The translations under genes were made by a program, and so were the position numbers. 64,000 nucleotides of DNA from a virus (Duplodnaviria; Caudoviricetes): positions 1 through 64,000 of IMG/VR virus record IMGVR_UViG_3300013121_000032; one strand, written 5' to 3'. Shown here one piece after another: positions 17,632 to 27,611 of this stretch. Numbering within the stretch: the stretch's first letter is position 1; each line of letters opens with the position of its first letter. The notes beneath the pieces are model-generated. The model was not told the DNA's origin and did not search any database. It saw nothing but the letters and a program-made list of their open reading frames with translations.

Positions 17632-20600
17632 TAATTAGCTCCTGCAAAAACTTGATTCATGGCCATAGCAATAGATTGAGAATCTACTTTAATACCTGTT
17701 TGCATCATAGTCTTAATATCCTTAAGAACATCTGCTGGATTAGTTGATTGTTTTGGAGAATTAATCAAAGAATTTCCAATCTCATTTGCATAAGGAATCT
17801 TAAAATCAGGATTTGTAGGTAATGGAACTCTAAAGTTATATCTAGGAGCTTTGGTTTCTGCTGCTCCAAGAAAGCTTAATGGCAATCCAACACCTGGAAT
17901 TCCGATTCCTTGATTAAAGGAATTTCCTAAATCAGTCTTTTGAGAATCCAATAAAAACTGAACTTGATCAGCATTTCTACCCCTAGCATTTGAGTCTAAG
18001 AGAGCACCAAAGATATCATTAACAGCTTGTCCACCTTTACCTTTTTGAAGGTTAACATCAATCGGTTCTCCAAGAAATGAGTTTAATTGCATGTTTGGAT
18101 CAAGAACATCAATTGGTGGGGGTGGAACGCCTTTCCAAGTAGGTTTACCATCATACATTACAGATGGCTTAGGTTTAGGCTTAAAAAATAAGGAAGACTG
18201 ATCTGGTCTTTCAGGAGGGGGTCCATCATTCTCAGTCCAATTAATCTCTCCATTAGTTAATTCGGTTTTATCTAAAGGTTTTGGCATAAAGAAAAGCGGA
18301 GATTGATCTGGTCTTTCTGTAGGAGGTTTAGGCTTTGGCTTATTTGGTCCATAAGTTTCCAAATCAAAAGGATTAGAGCCATACCTGTCTAAACTATAAA
18401 AATAATCTTCAGCTCTTAGGGATGAGCTATTATATGAAGCTTCAGGAAGAGTAACATTAGGCAAACCAAATTGACTATTAATGTAGTCCTGAGCTTTTTG
18501 ACCAGTTTTAGCTGCTTCAGTACCAGGAAGAGTAAATTTTTGTTTAGCAATTTCAATAAGCTGTCCAAGTTGCTCACTTAACAACTTAAGAGGAAGCTCT
18601 TTTAAAGCTGTATTAGTTTCTTCTAAATTTAATACAAGAGCATTCCTCTGTTCTTGTTCAACTTTAGGAGCATTTTCATTTTGCTGTTCCAGAACACTGA
18701 ATTTTTCTCTTAGAAGATCTTCATCAAATCTTGCCCTAGCCTCTTCATTAAAGTTAGCACTTCCTCTAACTAAGGTATTATCTATAAAACCTGGAAGACC
18801 AGCATTAGGATTAACTTTATATACTTCTTCAGCAGCAGAAATAAGCTCTCCTTGTCTACCTAAGGCTCTTAATTTAGAACTACGATCAAAATCTTGAAGA
18901 GAACGTTTAGCAGCATCAACCTTATCAGCAAAATCTCTAAGCTTAAGAGGAACTAATTTAAGATTATCAGTAAATTCAAGAATAGCTTTTTTAGCATTAA
19001 CTCCAGCTAATGCTATATTATTTTGTTTATCTTGGACTTCAGATAAGTTATCTTGATTAATAGCTGCTTGTTGTTGTCCTTTTCGTTGAGCATTTTTTAA
19101 AGCAGCAAGCTTTTGAATAGCTTCAGGAGAACCAGGAATAGAGGTATTATAAGCTTCTTGAGCTAAATCAATCTGTCTTTGAATGGAGGCACTAGCATCT
19201 ACTCCTGTTTGAAGTCGCTGTTTAGATGCTCCAAGTTGACCAAATAAAGAAATTTGACTAAAGGTTTTAGCTATTTCTTCACCAAGCTTCCTTATATTTT
19301 TCTCTTCATCTTCATAAATCTGAATACCAATTTTCTTTCTAAGAGCAGCATCTTCAGTTAGAAGCTCTTCAACTTGAGACAAAATAGAGTTCCGAAGCTC
19401 TGGAAGCTCTGCAATAAAACTATCAGCAGCTCTTGTTATTCCTTCTACAGATAAATCAATTGGTTTTAGAAGATTATCTAATCTTTGATTTAACTTAGAT
19501 TCTTGAACTACTTCTTCTTGTTTGACAGGAGTAGGAGGTTCTGCTGAAATAGCTTTTCCAATTCCTATACCAGCCTTTCCACCTAGAATTCCTCCTCCAA
19601 CACCTCCAGCAAACCCACCTAATAGGGCACCTGCTTGAGCACCAAGAATTGGTTGACCAAATAAAAGACCGCCTAAACCACCAAGAATTCCACCAATTAA
19701 AGCGCCACCACCAGCACCAGCAATTCCACCACCAACAACCCCTACTCCACCAAGAGCAGATTCAGTCTCAATTGGATGTTTTCTAAGAAGATTAATTAAT
19801 TTAATGACTTCTTTAATAGTATTATCTAAAGCTGTAATAAATCCTGGAAGGGCGTTGGAAACCATTTCCAGAATCTTGTCAGTAATTTCTCCAAAATCTT
19901 TTGCTAATTCTACAATAGAGTCTTGAAGTTTAGGATCTGTTAAAGCGTCAGCAATTGCTTTAAAACCGGGAGCTGCTTGCTCAAGAAAAGTAGTAGCACT
20001 TTGAGTTTCAATATTAGAGGCAAAACCACTAATTCTATTTAATTGTTGTGCTGGAAGAGGGCTATTTCTAAGTGCTTCAGGAAATACATTAAGTCCAGAA
20101 ATACCACTTAGAATATCGTCTATACTTCCAGTAGGTCTAAAGAAGCCAGGAGCTAAACCACCAATAGCTGCTTTAAAAGCTGTATTTCTTCCAATAGTTC
20201 TATCTAGGATATCTCGCCTTAACTGAGTAGGATTTTCTAAAATACCGGGGTTAATAGTAGCAATAGCAGAAAGAACTGGAATAAGGACATTTAAGAATTG
20301 CTCATCAGTAAAATCAGCTCCAGTTTGGCTTAAACTTTCTCCTAAAGCAGAAGCAGCAGTACCAACAGATTGGGAACCAATACCAAGAGGAACCAATCTA
20401 GCTTGTGCAGATTTTAAGAGATTAGCTGATCTTCCTTGAAAAAACCGCTGGGAGTCAATTGGATTTAATTCTTTTCCATTTAAAGTAGCTCTAGAAGTAG
20501 ATTGGAAAACGGCAGCTAAAGAAGTTATTGATCTTTCAAATTCAAGACCAGACTCAGCAGCAGATCTCAATGCTTCAGCTAATTTTTCAAAGTTTTTGAT

Positions 20601-21473
20601 AATACCTTCTGTAACTACAGAACCTATTGTAGAACCAAGAAGAACGTTACCAAATGTAGCACCACCAACTAAGCCACCTGCTAAACCTCCAGCTCCTCCA
20701 AACAATCCACCAAATGCTAATTCATTAATGGCTCTTCTATCCTTAAAGACAGAAAAATCCAAAAGAGAGAAGTCATTTAGTTTAACATCGCCTTGTCTAG
20801 ATGTAGGAATTCCTGCATTTAATGAGGCTTTTCGGATAATATCTTTATCAACATCTGCACCTGAACGTCCCAAAAGCCTTCCAAATACACGATCAAATCT
20901 AGAAGTCCCAGAAAGAGTTTCATTAAGATCTTTAATCCGATCATCAATAATAGAAAACTTATCTGTAGAGGATTCTATAGTTCTAGAGAACTTTCTAAGA
21001 GCTGTGATAGCTCTTACTCCAGCTACAGAAAGTTCAGCACTTTGAGTAGTTAATGTTCCCATTAAACCAGCATCAGGATTAGACTTTTCTCCTAATTTAA
21101 TTCGTTCTAATTCTGCCCTGGTTTGCTCAGCTAAGAGAGCGCGCTGATAAGCATCTTGAGAAGAGGATTGTCTTGAACTAGAAGCTCCTGGATTATTAGT
21201 ATATAAATTACCTAAACCTGTTAGATTAACTTTAATATTTAATCCTGATTTTTCCCATCGTAGAAGAGTATCAAAAACCGGAGAGTTAATAGTTAAACTG
21301 GTTTTAATATTAAGGATATTATTCTGAAGCTTCTCTAATTTTTGTAGAGCTGCATCTGAGGGAAGATTTAATTTAATGATTTTTTCTGAAGAAACAAGAG
21401 CTTCTATCCGCTTAATTAAAGCGGTATCTCCTGTAGCCATAATTTTTAAATTTAATGTTCTACTATCAGCCAC
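17631..21473 (-). CDS. Tape measure protein
   Basis: 1280 aa, helical Ala/Leu-rich, Gly-zipper segments, follows tail chaperones. Confidence 0.85.
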   Translation of the reverse strand: MADSRTLNLKIMATGDTALIKRIEALVSSEKIIKLNLPSDAALQKLEKLQNNILNIKTSLTINSPVFDTLLRWEKSGLNIKVNLTGLGNLYTNNPGASSSRQSSSQDAYQRALLAEQTRAELERIKLGEKSNPDAGLMGTLTTQSAELSVAGVRAITALRKFSRTIESSTDKFSIIDDRIKDLNETLSGTSRFDRVFGRLLGRSGADVDKDIIRKASLNAGIPTSRQGDVKLNDFSLLDFSVFKDRRAINELAFGGLFGGAGGLAGGLVGGATFGNVLLGSTIGSVVTEGIIKNFEKLAEALRSAAESGLEFERSITSLAAVFQSTSRATLNGKELNPIDSQRFFQGRSANLLKSAQARLVPLGIGSQSVGTAASALGESLSQTGADFTDEQFLNVLIPVLSAIATINPGILENPTQLRRDILDRTIGRNTAFKAAIGGLAPGFFRPTGSIDDILSGISGLNVFPEALRNSPLPAQQLNRISGFASNIETQSATTFLEQAAPGFKAIADALTDPKLQDSIVELAKDFGEITDKILEMVSNALPGFITALDNTIKEVIKLINLLRKHPIETESALGGVGVVGGGIAGAGGGALIGGILGGLGGLLFGQPILGAQAGALLGGFAGGVGGGILGGKAGIGIGKAISAEPPTPVKQEEVVQESKLNQRLDNLLKPIDLSVEGITRAADSFIAELPELRNSILSQVEELLTEDAALRKKIGIQIYEDEEKNIRKLGEEIAKTFSQISLFGQLGASKQRLQTGVDASASIQRQIDLAQEAYNTSIPGSPEAIQKLAALKNAQRKGQQQAAINQDNLSEVQDKQNNIALAGVNAKKAILEFTDNLKLVPLKLRDFADKVDAAKRSLQDFDRSSKLRALGRQGELISAAEEVYKVNPNAGLPGFIDNTLVRGSANFNEEARARFDEDLLREKFSVLEQQNENAPKVEQEQRNALVLNLEETNTALKELPLKLLSEQLGQLIEIAKQKFTLPGTEAAKTGQKAQDYINSQFGLPNVTLPEASYNSSSLRAEDYFYSLDRYGSNPFDLETYGPNKPKPKPPTERPDQSPLFFMPKPLDKTELTNGEINWTENDGPPPERPDQSSLFFKPKPKPSVMYDGKPTWKGVPPPPIDVLDPNMQLNSFLGEPIDVNLQKGKGGQAVNDIFGALLDSNARGRNADQVQFLLDSQKTDLGNSFNQGIGIPGVGLPLSFLGAAETKAPRYNFRVPLPTNPDFKIPYANEIGNSLINSPKQSTNPADVLKDIKTMMQTGIKVDSQSIAMAMNQVFAGAN

Positions 21474-21948
21474 GGCTTAATCCATATAATTTAGTAGTTT
21501 TACGAAGAAATTCTCCATAAGCTCTATCTATCCAATCTCTTGTAGGAGAGCCTTGAGCTTCAAAACCATAAATACCAACAGCCTCAGAAGTCCTAGAACG
21601 TTTAAAAAGCCTTCTGCTATTAGGCCTATTACCTAAGTTTAATTCATATGCAATTAGAGCAGAAGAACGCCCATTAGAGGCTGTATGAGGAGTGTCTACA
21701 ACAAAAAATCGAAGGGTTGGATTAACATTAGAAAGTGAGGACAAATCGGCTTTTATATGAAAATTTCTAAGTTGCCCTGTTCTAACAGGAACCTTACTTT
21801 TAAAAGCATTAACTGCTTCAATAGAAATATCTAAAAGAGAATTTCTTATGAACTCATCTATCTCAGATTTAAAACCGAAATTCTCAATAGAAGAGATAGA
21901 GTTCAAATCCTTTTGACAATTTATAGTTAGCAGGCTATATTCAGGCAC
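21466..21948 (-). CDS. HK97 gp10-like tail completion protein
   Basis: KSKVPVRTGQLR signature. Confidence 0.7.
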   Translation of the reverse strand: MPEYSLLTINCQKDLNSISSIENFGFKSEIDEFIRNSLLDISIEAVNAFKSKVPVRTGQLRNFHIKADLSSLSNVNPTLRFFVVDTPHTASNGRSSALIAYELNLGNRPNSRRLFKRSRTSEAVGIYGFEAQGSPTRDWIDRAYGEFLRKTTKLYGLSRG

Positions 21949-22007
21949 ATTAAATTCCTTTAATCTTCAAGGAGATTGTACCGTTTAATGATATAAATAA
22001 AGAGGAG

Positions 22008-22073
22008 TATATCTCCCCGAGCACTCCGCTACATTTGTACATTTGAGTGCCTAGAGCCTTTAAAAAGGCTCTA
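22008..22073. repeat. Cluster of inverted repeats between tail chaperone and gp10-like gene
   Basis: TAGAGCCTT/AAGGCTCTA and GCACTC/GAGTGC stems, plus GGAG/CTCC just upstream on the plus strand. Confidence 0.55.
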
Positions 22074-22362
22074 TTCTTTAGTACCAAACATTCTTCCAAT
22101 ACATCTAAGAAGCTCTAGTTCTCGTAAGGAAAGAGTTTCTTCCATTGATTCTGCCCTAGTCTGAATTTTCTCTGCATATTTAACCATTCTAGGAAATGGG
22201 AACTCTTCAAAATCTTGCCAAGACCAGCCGAAAAACGGTGATAAGAGGAAATAGTATTCATCCATCCAATCCCAATCTTCTTCTATTCTTGCAAAAGCGT
22301 TAGCTAATGATTGTTCTTCAAGAAATTTCGTCCGCTCTTCTAGGGGGATGAAACAAGCCATC
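22071..22362 (-). CDS. Tail assembly chaperone C-terminal extension (gpT-like)
   Basis: FFGWSWQDFEEFP motif typical of gpT-like domains; overlaps the end of 22318..22836 in another frame. Confidence 0.65.
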
Positions 22363-22836
22363 AGGATCACTGATTGCCCCCATAGAGAGGAGATCAAAAC
22401 AGAAATTTCTAGTATCTTCCCAAGCAGCCTCATCAAAAACTTCTTGAGTAATTTCTGCCAGATTAAAAATCTTACAAATAGCATTTAGTAATTCAAAAGC
22501 AACTGTACTTACATGATCTACAAGAGCTTGAGCAATAAGTCTAGCATCATAAGCCTCTTCAGACTCATCAGGAAGTTTGGCACTTTTTTCAGCTTCTACA
22601 GTAAGTACTCTTATTCTCCATTCTTGAGCATCTTCTTTCTTGGTTTCTCCAGTAGGATTGCCATCACCATCCAAAACTGGAACATCTAAAAGAGGATATC
22701 TAACAAGGAGATTATGTCCACGTTTAATATCATTATAGGCTTTATACAGCTCTTTAATTCTTTTATTCTTAAGTTGATCTGATTCAATAACTAAGCGTCT
22801 AACAGAACCAAAATTTAGTTCTAATCGTTTGGACAT
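22318..22836 (-). CDS. Tail assembly chaperone (gpG-like)
   Basis: Between tail tube genes and tape measure; GGAGG SD; acidic and helical. Confidence 0.7.
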   Translation of the reverse strand: MSKRLELNFGSVRRLVIESDQLKNKRIKELYKAYNDIKRGHNLLVRYPLLDVPVLDGDGNPTGETKKEDAQEWRIRVLTVEAEKSAKLPDESEEAYDARLIAQALVDHVSTVAFELLNAICKIFNLAEITQEVFDEAAWEDTRNFCFDLLSMGAISDPDGLFHPPRRADEIS

Positions 22837-22844
22837 TTTTCCTC

Positions 22845-23366
22845 CTAGTAAGGTGATTTACTACCCATTATAGATTTTAATGATGTATTATCTCTTTTAT
22901 AGAATAGAGGGGTAAATCTATTTCTATTTTGAAATGATAGAGATAAAGGAACAATGGTAACTTTATCTTTGTTGTAGTTGAGGTTAACTTCTTTTTTTGC
23001 ATAACATTTAGGAATATAAATACTATGGTTTCCATTTGCTCCATCAGGATGTAAAAGTAAGACAGATAAAGTACTGAAAGTAGAAGAATCATCAGGATTA
23101 GTAGTTGATGGTAAATTTCCCATAGCTAATTTAACAGCAGTATCATCATCAGAGAGAAATTGAAGATTAATAGAGATTTTTGCATAATCTGTTTGAAGAC
23201 TATTAGTCGCTACATCAAAAAAAGATTCAGGAATTGTGTAGTTTAATGTTGCTCCACCTGTTCTTAAAGTAGAAATATAAGTAAGTTGGGATGATGAGGT
23301 GGAATCACCTACATATACAGCACTAAATGCAGCTACTTCTATTGGTCTATTTGCCATTTCAAGCAA
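22845..23366 (-). CDS. Tail-tube-fold protein (second copy)
   Basis: TGGATLNY...IYIPKCYAKKEVNLNYNKDKVTIVPLSL typical of siphovirus tube folds; start probably ATG 23357. Confidence 0.6.
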   Translation of the reverse strand: MLEMANRPIEVAAFSAVYVGDSTSSSQLTYISTLRTGGATLNYTIPESFFDVATNSLQTDYAKISINLQFLSDDDTAVKLAMGNLPSTTNPDDSSTFSTLSVLLLHPDGANGNHSIYIPKCYAKKEVNLNYNKDKVTIVPLSLSFQNRNRFTPLFYKRDNTSLKSIMGSKSPY

Positions 23367-23506
23367 ACTATACCAATTAATAAAGCCCCTATACTAATTA
23401 GGAGCTTTTATTATTAATTAAATAAATATAAATTAAAATATAATCTTTAACCGGGGAAGGTCCAAGCGATTTCTCTCCCTTCAGTGGGTCTTTTTCATAT
23501 ACTTTA

Positions 23507-23535
23507 AATTTACAGGAATATTCTCTATTTGTCAA
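23507..23535 (-). promoter_or_regulatory. Sigma70-type promoter
   Basis: TTGACA-17 nt-TAAATT directly after the tail-tube terminator. Confidence 0.6.
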
Positions 23536-23540
23536 GCAAG

Positions 23541-23581
23541 AAAAAAACCACTTCTTTGGAGGGAGAAAAAGAAGTGGTTTT
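23541..23581 (-). terminator. Rho-independent terminator after major tail protein
   Basis: CCACTTCTTT...AAAGAAGTGG stem followed by T7. Confidence 0.8.
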
Positions 23582-23603
23582 AAAGATAACTAATTACGGA
23601 GAA

Positions 23604-24602
23604 TTAGCCACCATATCTCTTATAGATGATTTCCGAGTGTTGAGAACCAACCAAGGTATCAATAGGAGCCGTTTGGAGGTTATATTGAATAGGGGCTTGG
23701 GCAGTTTTCGTAAAGGAAACCGAAGATGCAACTTGGTTTGCAGTCAAATTACCGATAAAGAGTCTGGTTTCTCCTACACCAGTAGCATCTACCGGCATAT
23801 TAAGAATCAATGCCCTATTACCTTTAACAAGAGCTGTTGCAGTTAGCAAGGTTTGTTGTGCTACTTCAATAGTTGAAGTACCATCACCTGCAAATGTTGC
23901 ATATAGACCAGCAGAAGATTTAACAAAATCTAGAACAGCATTAGGCAATGTTTGGAACTGGATATTGGCAGCTCTAGAGGTTGTAAGCTGGAAATCAGGA
24001 GCATTATCAGGAGAAATAGTAACGGTAGTTACATCTCTATTGATTGATACACCTTGAGTAGTTGGTCCAAGAGTAGTATAAGTAACACCATAAGGTGCTC
24101 TACTACCAAGAAAACTATCATTGGTATTAGATTGCAGAGTACTATATGTATACGTAGGTGAAGAAGTCAAAGGTTGCGCCATTACAGCATAGTTGAAATC
24201 TTTTGTCGTATCAATATAGGCAAAATCTGCAAGCTGGAAGTTACCACTACCAGACTTAAGGAAAATAGCTGCTGCAATTGCTAAGTTGTAGTTAGCAGGC
24301 CAGTTTCCATTAGAAACGTGAATTCTAATAATTTGTCCTGAAGTAAGTGAAAGCACACCAGAACCAGGAGAAACCGGTCCAATAGTATAGCCACCATTTA
24401 CAATATCCCTACCTAAAAGGCACATAGCAACTTGGTATGTAGTTGAAGTGCTCAAGTTGGAATTAACATCATTATTAAGAAAAGCTGATGGAGAAACAGC
24501 ACTGGCATCAAAAACAAGAGTTGAAAGGCTAGGAAGCGCAGTAGATGAATCCACTGAAAGCTGAACTGTTGGGACTCCTACCCTAAAGGATTGATTAGGC
24601 AT
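23604..24602 (-). CDS. Major tail (tube) protein with extra N-terminal domain
   Basis: C-half LGPTTQGVSINRD...VSFTKTAQAPIQYNL tube signature; AGGAG SD, own promoter box and terminator. Confidence 0.75.
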   Translation of the reverse strand: MPNQSFRVGVPTVQLSVDSSTALPSLSTLVFDASAVSPSAFLNNDVNSNLSTSTTYQVAMCLLGRDIVNGGYTIGPVSPGSGVLSLTSGQIIRIHVSNGNWPANYNLAIAAAIFLKSGSGNFQLADFAYIDTTKDFNYAVMAQPLTSSPTYTYSTLQSNTNDSFLGSRAPYGVTYTTLGPTTQGVSINRDVTTVTISPDNAPDFQLTTSRAANIQFQTLPNAVLDFVKSSAGLYATFAGDGTSTIEVAQQTLLTATALVKGNRALILNMPVDATGVGETRLFIGNLTANQVASSVSFTKTAQAPIQYNLQTAPIDTLVGSQHSEIIYKRYGG

Positions 24603-24807
24603 TGGTTGGATAAGCTCCTAGAATACTTCTTAACATTGTAATTTTATCTATTGACAAATATATGAAAAATTAAAAAATAAAAGCCGCTTAGAAACTATTT
24701 GTATTAAGCTTGTGAGAGTACGCAAACAAACAGCAGAGGAACGAATTTTATCAGACTATTGGTTTAATAAAGTTAATTATTACCCAATAGTTTGGTTTCA
24801 AAGAGCT

Positions 24808-25416
24808 TTACGGAAGATTAAGAACTTTAGAAAAAAGTCTAACATAATCACACCTATAGGTGATAACAATTTCTGAAGCATCTGGAGCTAAATCAAATTT
24901 TTCCCAAACGCATTTAAACATAGATGCAGAAGTAAAATTATCTATTGTTGAATCTCCAGAAATAGGAATATTAGGTGACTTTTTTGATAGTCCTCTTTGT
25001 TTCTCATCCAATAAACATCTAATTCTAAGTTCCGCCTGCTTTAATCTTTCAAAATCTGTAGTTTTAACTGGACGCTCTGTTTGAAAAAAGATTTTAATCA
25101 TAGATCTTTCGGCACCAATAGCATCATCTAGCATTCCATCAGATTCATAAATTGATTCGGAAGGATAAGGAATAACCTCAATATAACCAGGAAATCCTAT
25201 TCTGGTTTTTGATTCTCCTTGTGTAGCAAGAATCCTAGTAGAGTAGTCAGCAACTCCTGAAGCTCCCATCCAAAGTGTTGAAAGGGAAGTATAAAGATAT
25301 TGTGGAACATCAGCATCTACTGTCCATCCGATTAATGGATTGGCTGCTCGTGTAGCTGAAGCAGTACTATCTACTACATCAGATAGTAAATAATTTTTTA
25401 TAACCTTACTAGACAT
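24808..25416 (-). CDS. Tail terminator / neck protein
   Basis: Position between head-closure and tail tube genes. Confidence 0.55.
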   Translation of the reverse strand: MSSKVIKNYLLSDVVDSTASATRAANPLIGWTVDADVPQYLYTSLSTLWMGASGVADYSTRILATQGESKTRIGFPGYIEVIPYPSESIYESDGMLDDAIGAERSMIKIFFQTERPVKTTDFERLKQAELRIRCLLDEKQRGLSKKSPNIPISGDSTIDNFTSASMFKCVWEKFDLAPDASEIVITYRCDYVRLFSKVLNLP

Positions 25417-26032
25417 CTTCTTCTATACCCATTACAGTATATTTTCCAGAGATAGACATAATATCTGTAATTTTCCAGATATATGTTTTATCATTATCAG
25501 ACTCAACTAACCTCATACCTTTAATAATTTGAGGATTTAAACCGATTCCTTGACGGTTATACATAAGTACTTTTCTTTTTGTTTGTGGATTAGCATCAAT
25601 TAGTCTAATCTCTCCCTCATTAATAAATGGAAAAGTAAAGGAAAATCTCACATTAGTATATAAAGGAGTAGCTGGATCTTCACAGATATACCCTATTCTA
25701 TCTGTAATAAATCCATAAGGAATCATAGTAGTATTTGGTACACGAGAAATAGTAATAGGCTGTAAGCCATCTTGATCTCCTTGAGCAGTAGGAACAAGAA
25801 CATAGCCAGTTTTTAAATATGTCATATCTCCATAAATATATGAAAACCCAAAACCTGGAATATTAGGCTCTGCTGTAGCCTGCTCAATTCTAAATGAAAT
25901 TGGAGAGGGCGATACTAAAGAACCTAATTGATTAGAAGCTGTATAATCAGGATTATAGACATAGTAAAGAGAAGCCTCACTAAAAATTACAGCTCTTTTC
26001 ATATATTTCTTAAAAAGTTTTAACGGATTCAA
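25409..26032 (-). CDS. Head-closure / neck protein
   Basis: Position after adaptor; C-terminal YIWKITDI. Confidence 0.55.
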   Translation of the reverse strand: MNPLKLFKKYMKRAVIFSEASLYYVYNPDYTASNQLGSLVSPSPISFRIEQATAEPNIPGFGFSYIYGDMTYLKTGYVLVPTAQGDQDGLQPITISRVPNTTMIPYGFITDRIGYICEDPATPLYTNVRFSFTFPFINEGEIRLIDANPQTKRKVLMYNRQGIGLNPQIIKGMRLVESDNDKTYIWKITDIMSISGKYTVMGIEEDV

Positions 26033-26988
26033 AGAATATACTCCCTAAGTTCTGTTGTTAAAAATTGTAAGCTATCAAGTGGTCTAAAGAATTTAGTAGC
26101 AAAACCTCCAACTTTAAGTTCACTTACATTCATACTAATATCATCAAGAATATTAGAGCAAACTATTAAAGTTTTTTCTTTAATAATTCTCGGAATATTC
26201 ATATATCCTGCTCTATAGGTTAATTTAACCTCATTATTAAGATCAAATGGTTCTGAAATTTCCATTAAATCATTAGTAAATCGGTAATTTAAAATTCCTA
26301 ATCTTCTATCTACTTGATAAGAGACAGCAAAATTATTAACCATCATAGAGGTAATACCTAAAATATATGGTCTTCTAATCTGAGGGACATCAAAGTTTAA
26401 TACAGGTTTTGTCTTTAATTTAATACTTCCAGTTCTAATACCGATCTCTTCATGATATTGAGTACCTAAAACAATATTATTATTAATTAACCTAACTAAT
26501 TGGGAAGAGGAAATTTGTAAAAGAGTGGCTAATTGAGAATCAGTTAAAAGATTCTCATTATTATCTTCAAAATCAATCCCCATAACAGGAGACATAGTTC
26601 TAGCTTCTGTTACAGTACAAAGAGTTGGAGTAGAGTCTATTTGGACTATATTACTCCAAGCATTATTAGATATGGTTACTCTAAATTGGCATTGTGCCCA
26701 AAGAGTAACTACATGATCAGATCTCATTGCTTGGAATTGAACTGGAAAACCTTCCCAGTTATAGGCAGGAGTTCCATCATATACATAAGAATTAACAGTT
26801 AAAGCTGAATTAATAGCCTGGACAATATTAGTAGCTAGTTTAATTTCATCTTGTCCGGCAACTCCTGAACAAGATATAGTTAGGGTGATATCAGCCGGTG
26901 TAGCATCAAAAGTTTCAATATAGAGGGTTAAATTACCAGTGCTAGCACACGGAGTTAAACAAGACAGGTATACCCTATTATCAGCCAA
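26029..26988 (-). CDS. Head-tail adaptor (gp6/gp15-like) with N-terminal extension
   Basis: LCTVTEAR...VKLTYRAGYMNIPRIIK...SELKVGGF...LREY pattern. Confidence 0.75.
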   Translation of the reverse strand: MADNRVYLSCLTPCASTGNLTLYIETFDATPADITLTISCSGVAGQDEIKLATNIVQAINSALTVNSYVYDGTPAYNWEGFPVQFQAMRSDHVVTLWAQCQFRVTISNNAWSNIVQIDSTPTLCTVTEARTMSPVMGIDFEDNNENLLTDSQLATLLQISSSQLVRLINNNIVLGTQYHEEIGIRTGSIKLKTKPVLNFDVPQIRRPYILGITSMMVNNFAVSYQVDRRLGILNYRFTNDLMEISEPFDLNNEVKLTYRAGYMNIPRIIKEKTLIVCSNILDDISMNVSELKVGGFATKFFRPLDSLQFLTTELREYIL

Positions 26989-27029
26989 TTTACTTTTCCT
27001 CGTAGTCTCTTGAGAATTTTATCTGTAAA

Positions 27030-27608
27030 ATGACTAAGCTTCATTTAGGTTGTGGTCCAGTAATCATAGAGGGATTTATAAATATAGATATGGAAGGCAC
27101 TCAATTTGTGTATGGAGATACACAAAGATTAAGAGCCGACTTATCTAAAGGTTTACCAATACAAGACTATAGCTTAAAACCAATTTTAAATATTGATTTT
27201 ATTCAAAGTACACATTTTTTTGAACATTTAACATATAAAGAAGCTATAGCTCTTATGCAAGAATGCTATGCAAAATTACAACCTAAAGGACAATTTAGAG
27301 TATCCTTACCAAACTTTAGGACAATGGTTAAAGCTTATTTAGAAAAAGATAAAGAGTTCTTTAATTTACCTGGAGTTAAAGAATTTTGGCCTTCAGGGCA
27401 ATTGATGGAAGTAATCAATTTTGGGTTATATCAAAGAGATCAAAATGATATTGCAGAACATAAATCAATGTGGGATGAAGATTGGACAATCTATAATTTA
27501 ACTAAAATCGGATTTACAAATGTTAAAATAGATGAGTTTAATCCTAAGTTAGATTCATCAGAAGAAGTTCGGAAACGCTATACTTTTTCTATCATTGGAA
27601 CTAAGTAA
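27030..27608 (+). CDS. Class I SAM-dependent methyltransferase (glycan-cluster type)
   Basis: LHLGCG...GFINID, HFFEHL, LQPKGQFRVSLP. Confidence 0.85.
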   Translation: MTKLHLGCGPVIIEGFINIDMEGTQFVYGDTQRLRADLSKGLPIQDYSLKPILNIDFIQSTHFFEHLTYKEAIALMQECYAKLQPKGQFRVSLPNFRTMVKAYLEKDKEFFNLPGVKEFWPSGQLMEVINFGLYQRDQNDIAEHKSMWDEDWTIYNLTKIGFTNVKIDEFNPKLDSSEEVRKRYTFSIIGTK

Positions 27609-27611
27609 AAC

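Noticed and set aside
23440-23500. Hammerhead-like CTGA...GAAA on the minus strand
   Set aside because: Core is CTGAAGG rather than CUGANGA and no stem II can form
24655-24876. Open plus-strand frame YEKLKNKSRLETIC...WFQRALRK
   Set aside because: No standard start or SD at its 5' end and it overlaps 24808; at most a decayed ORF
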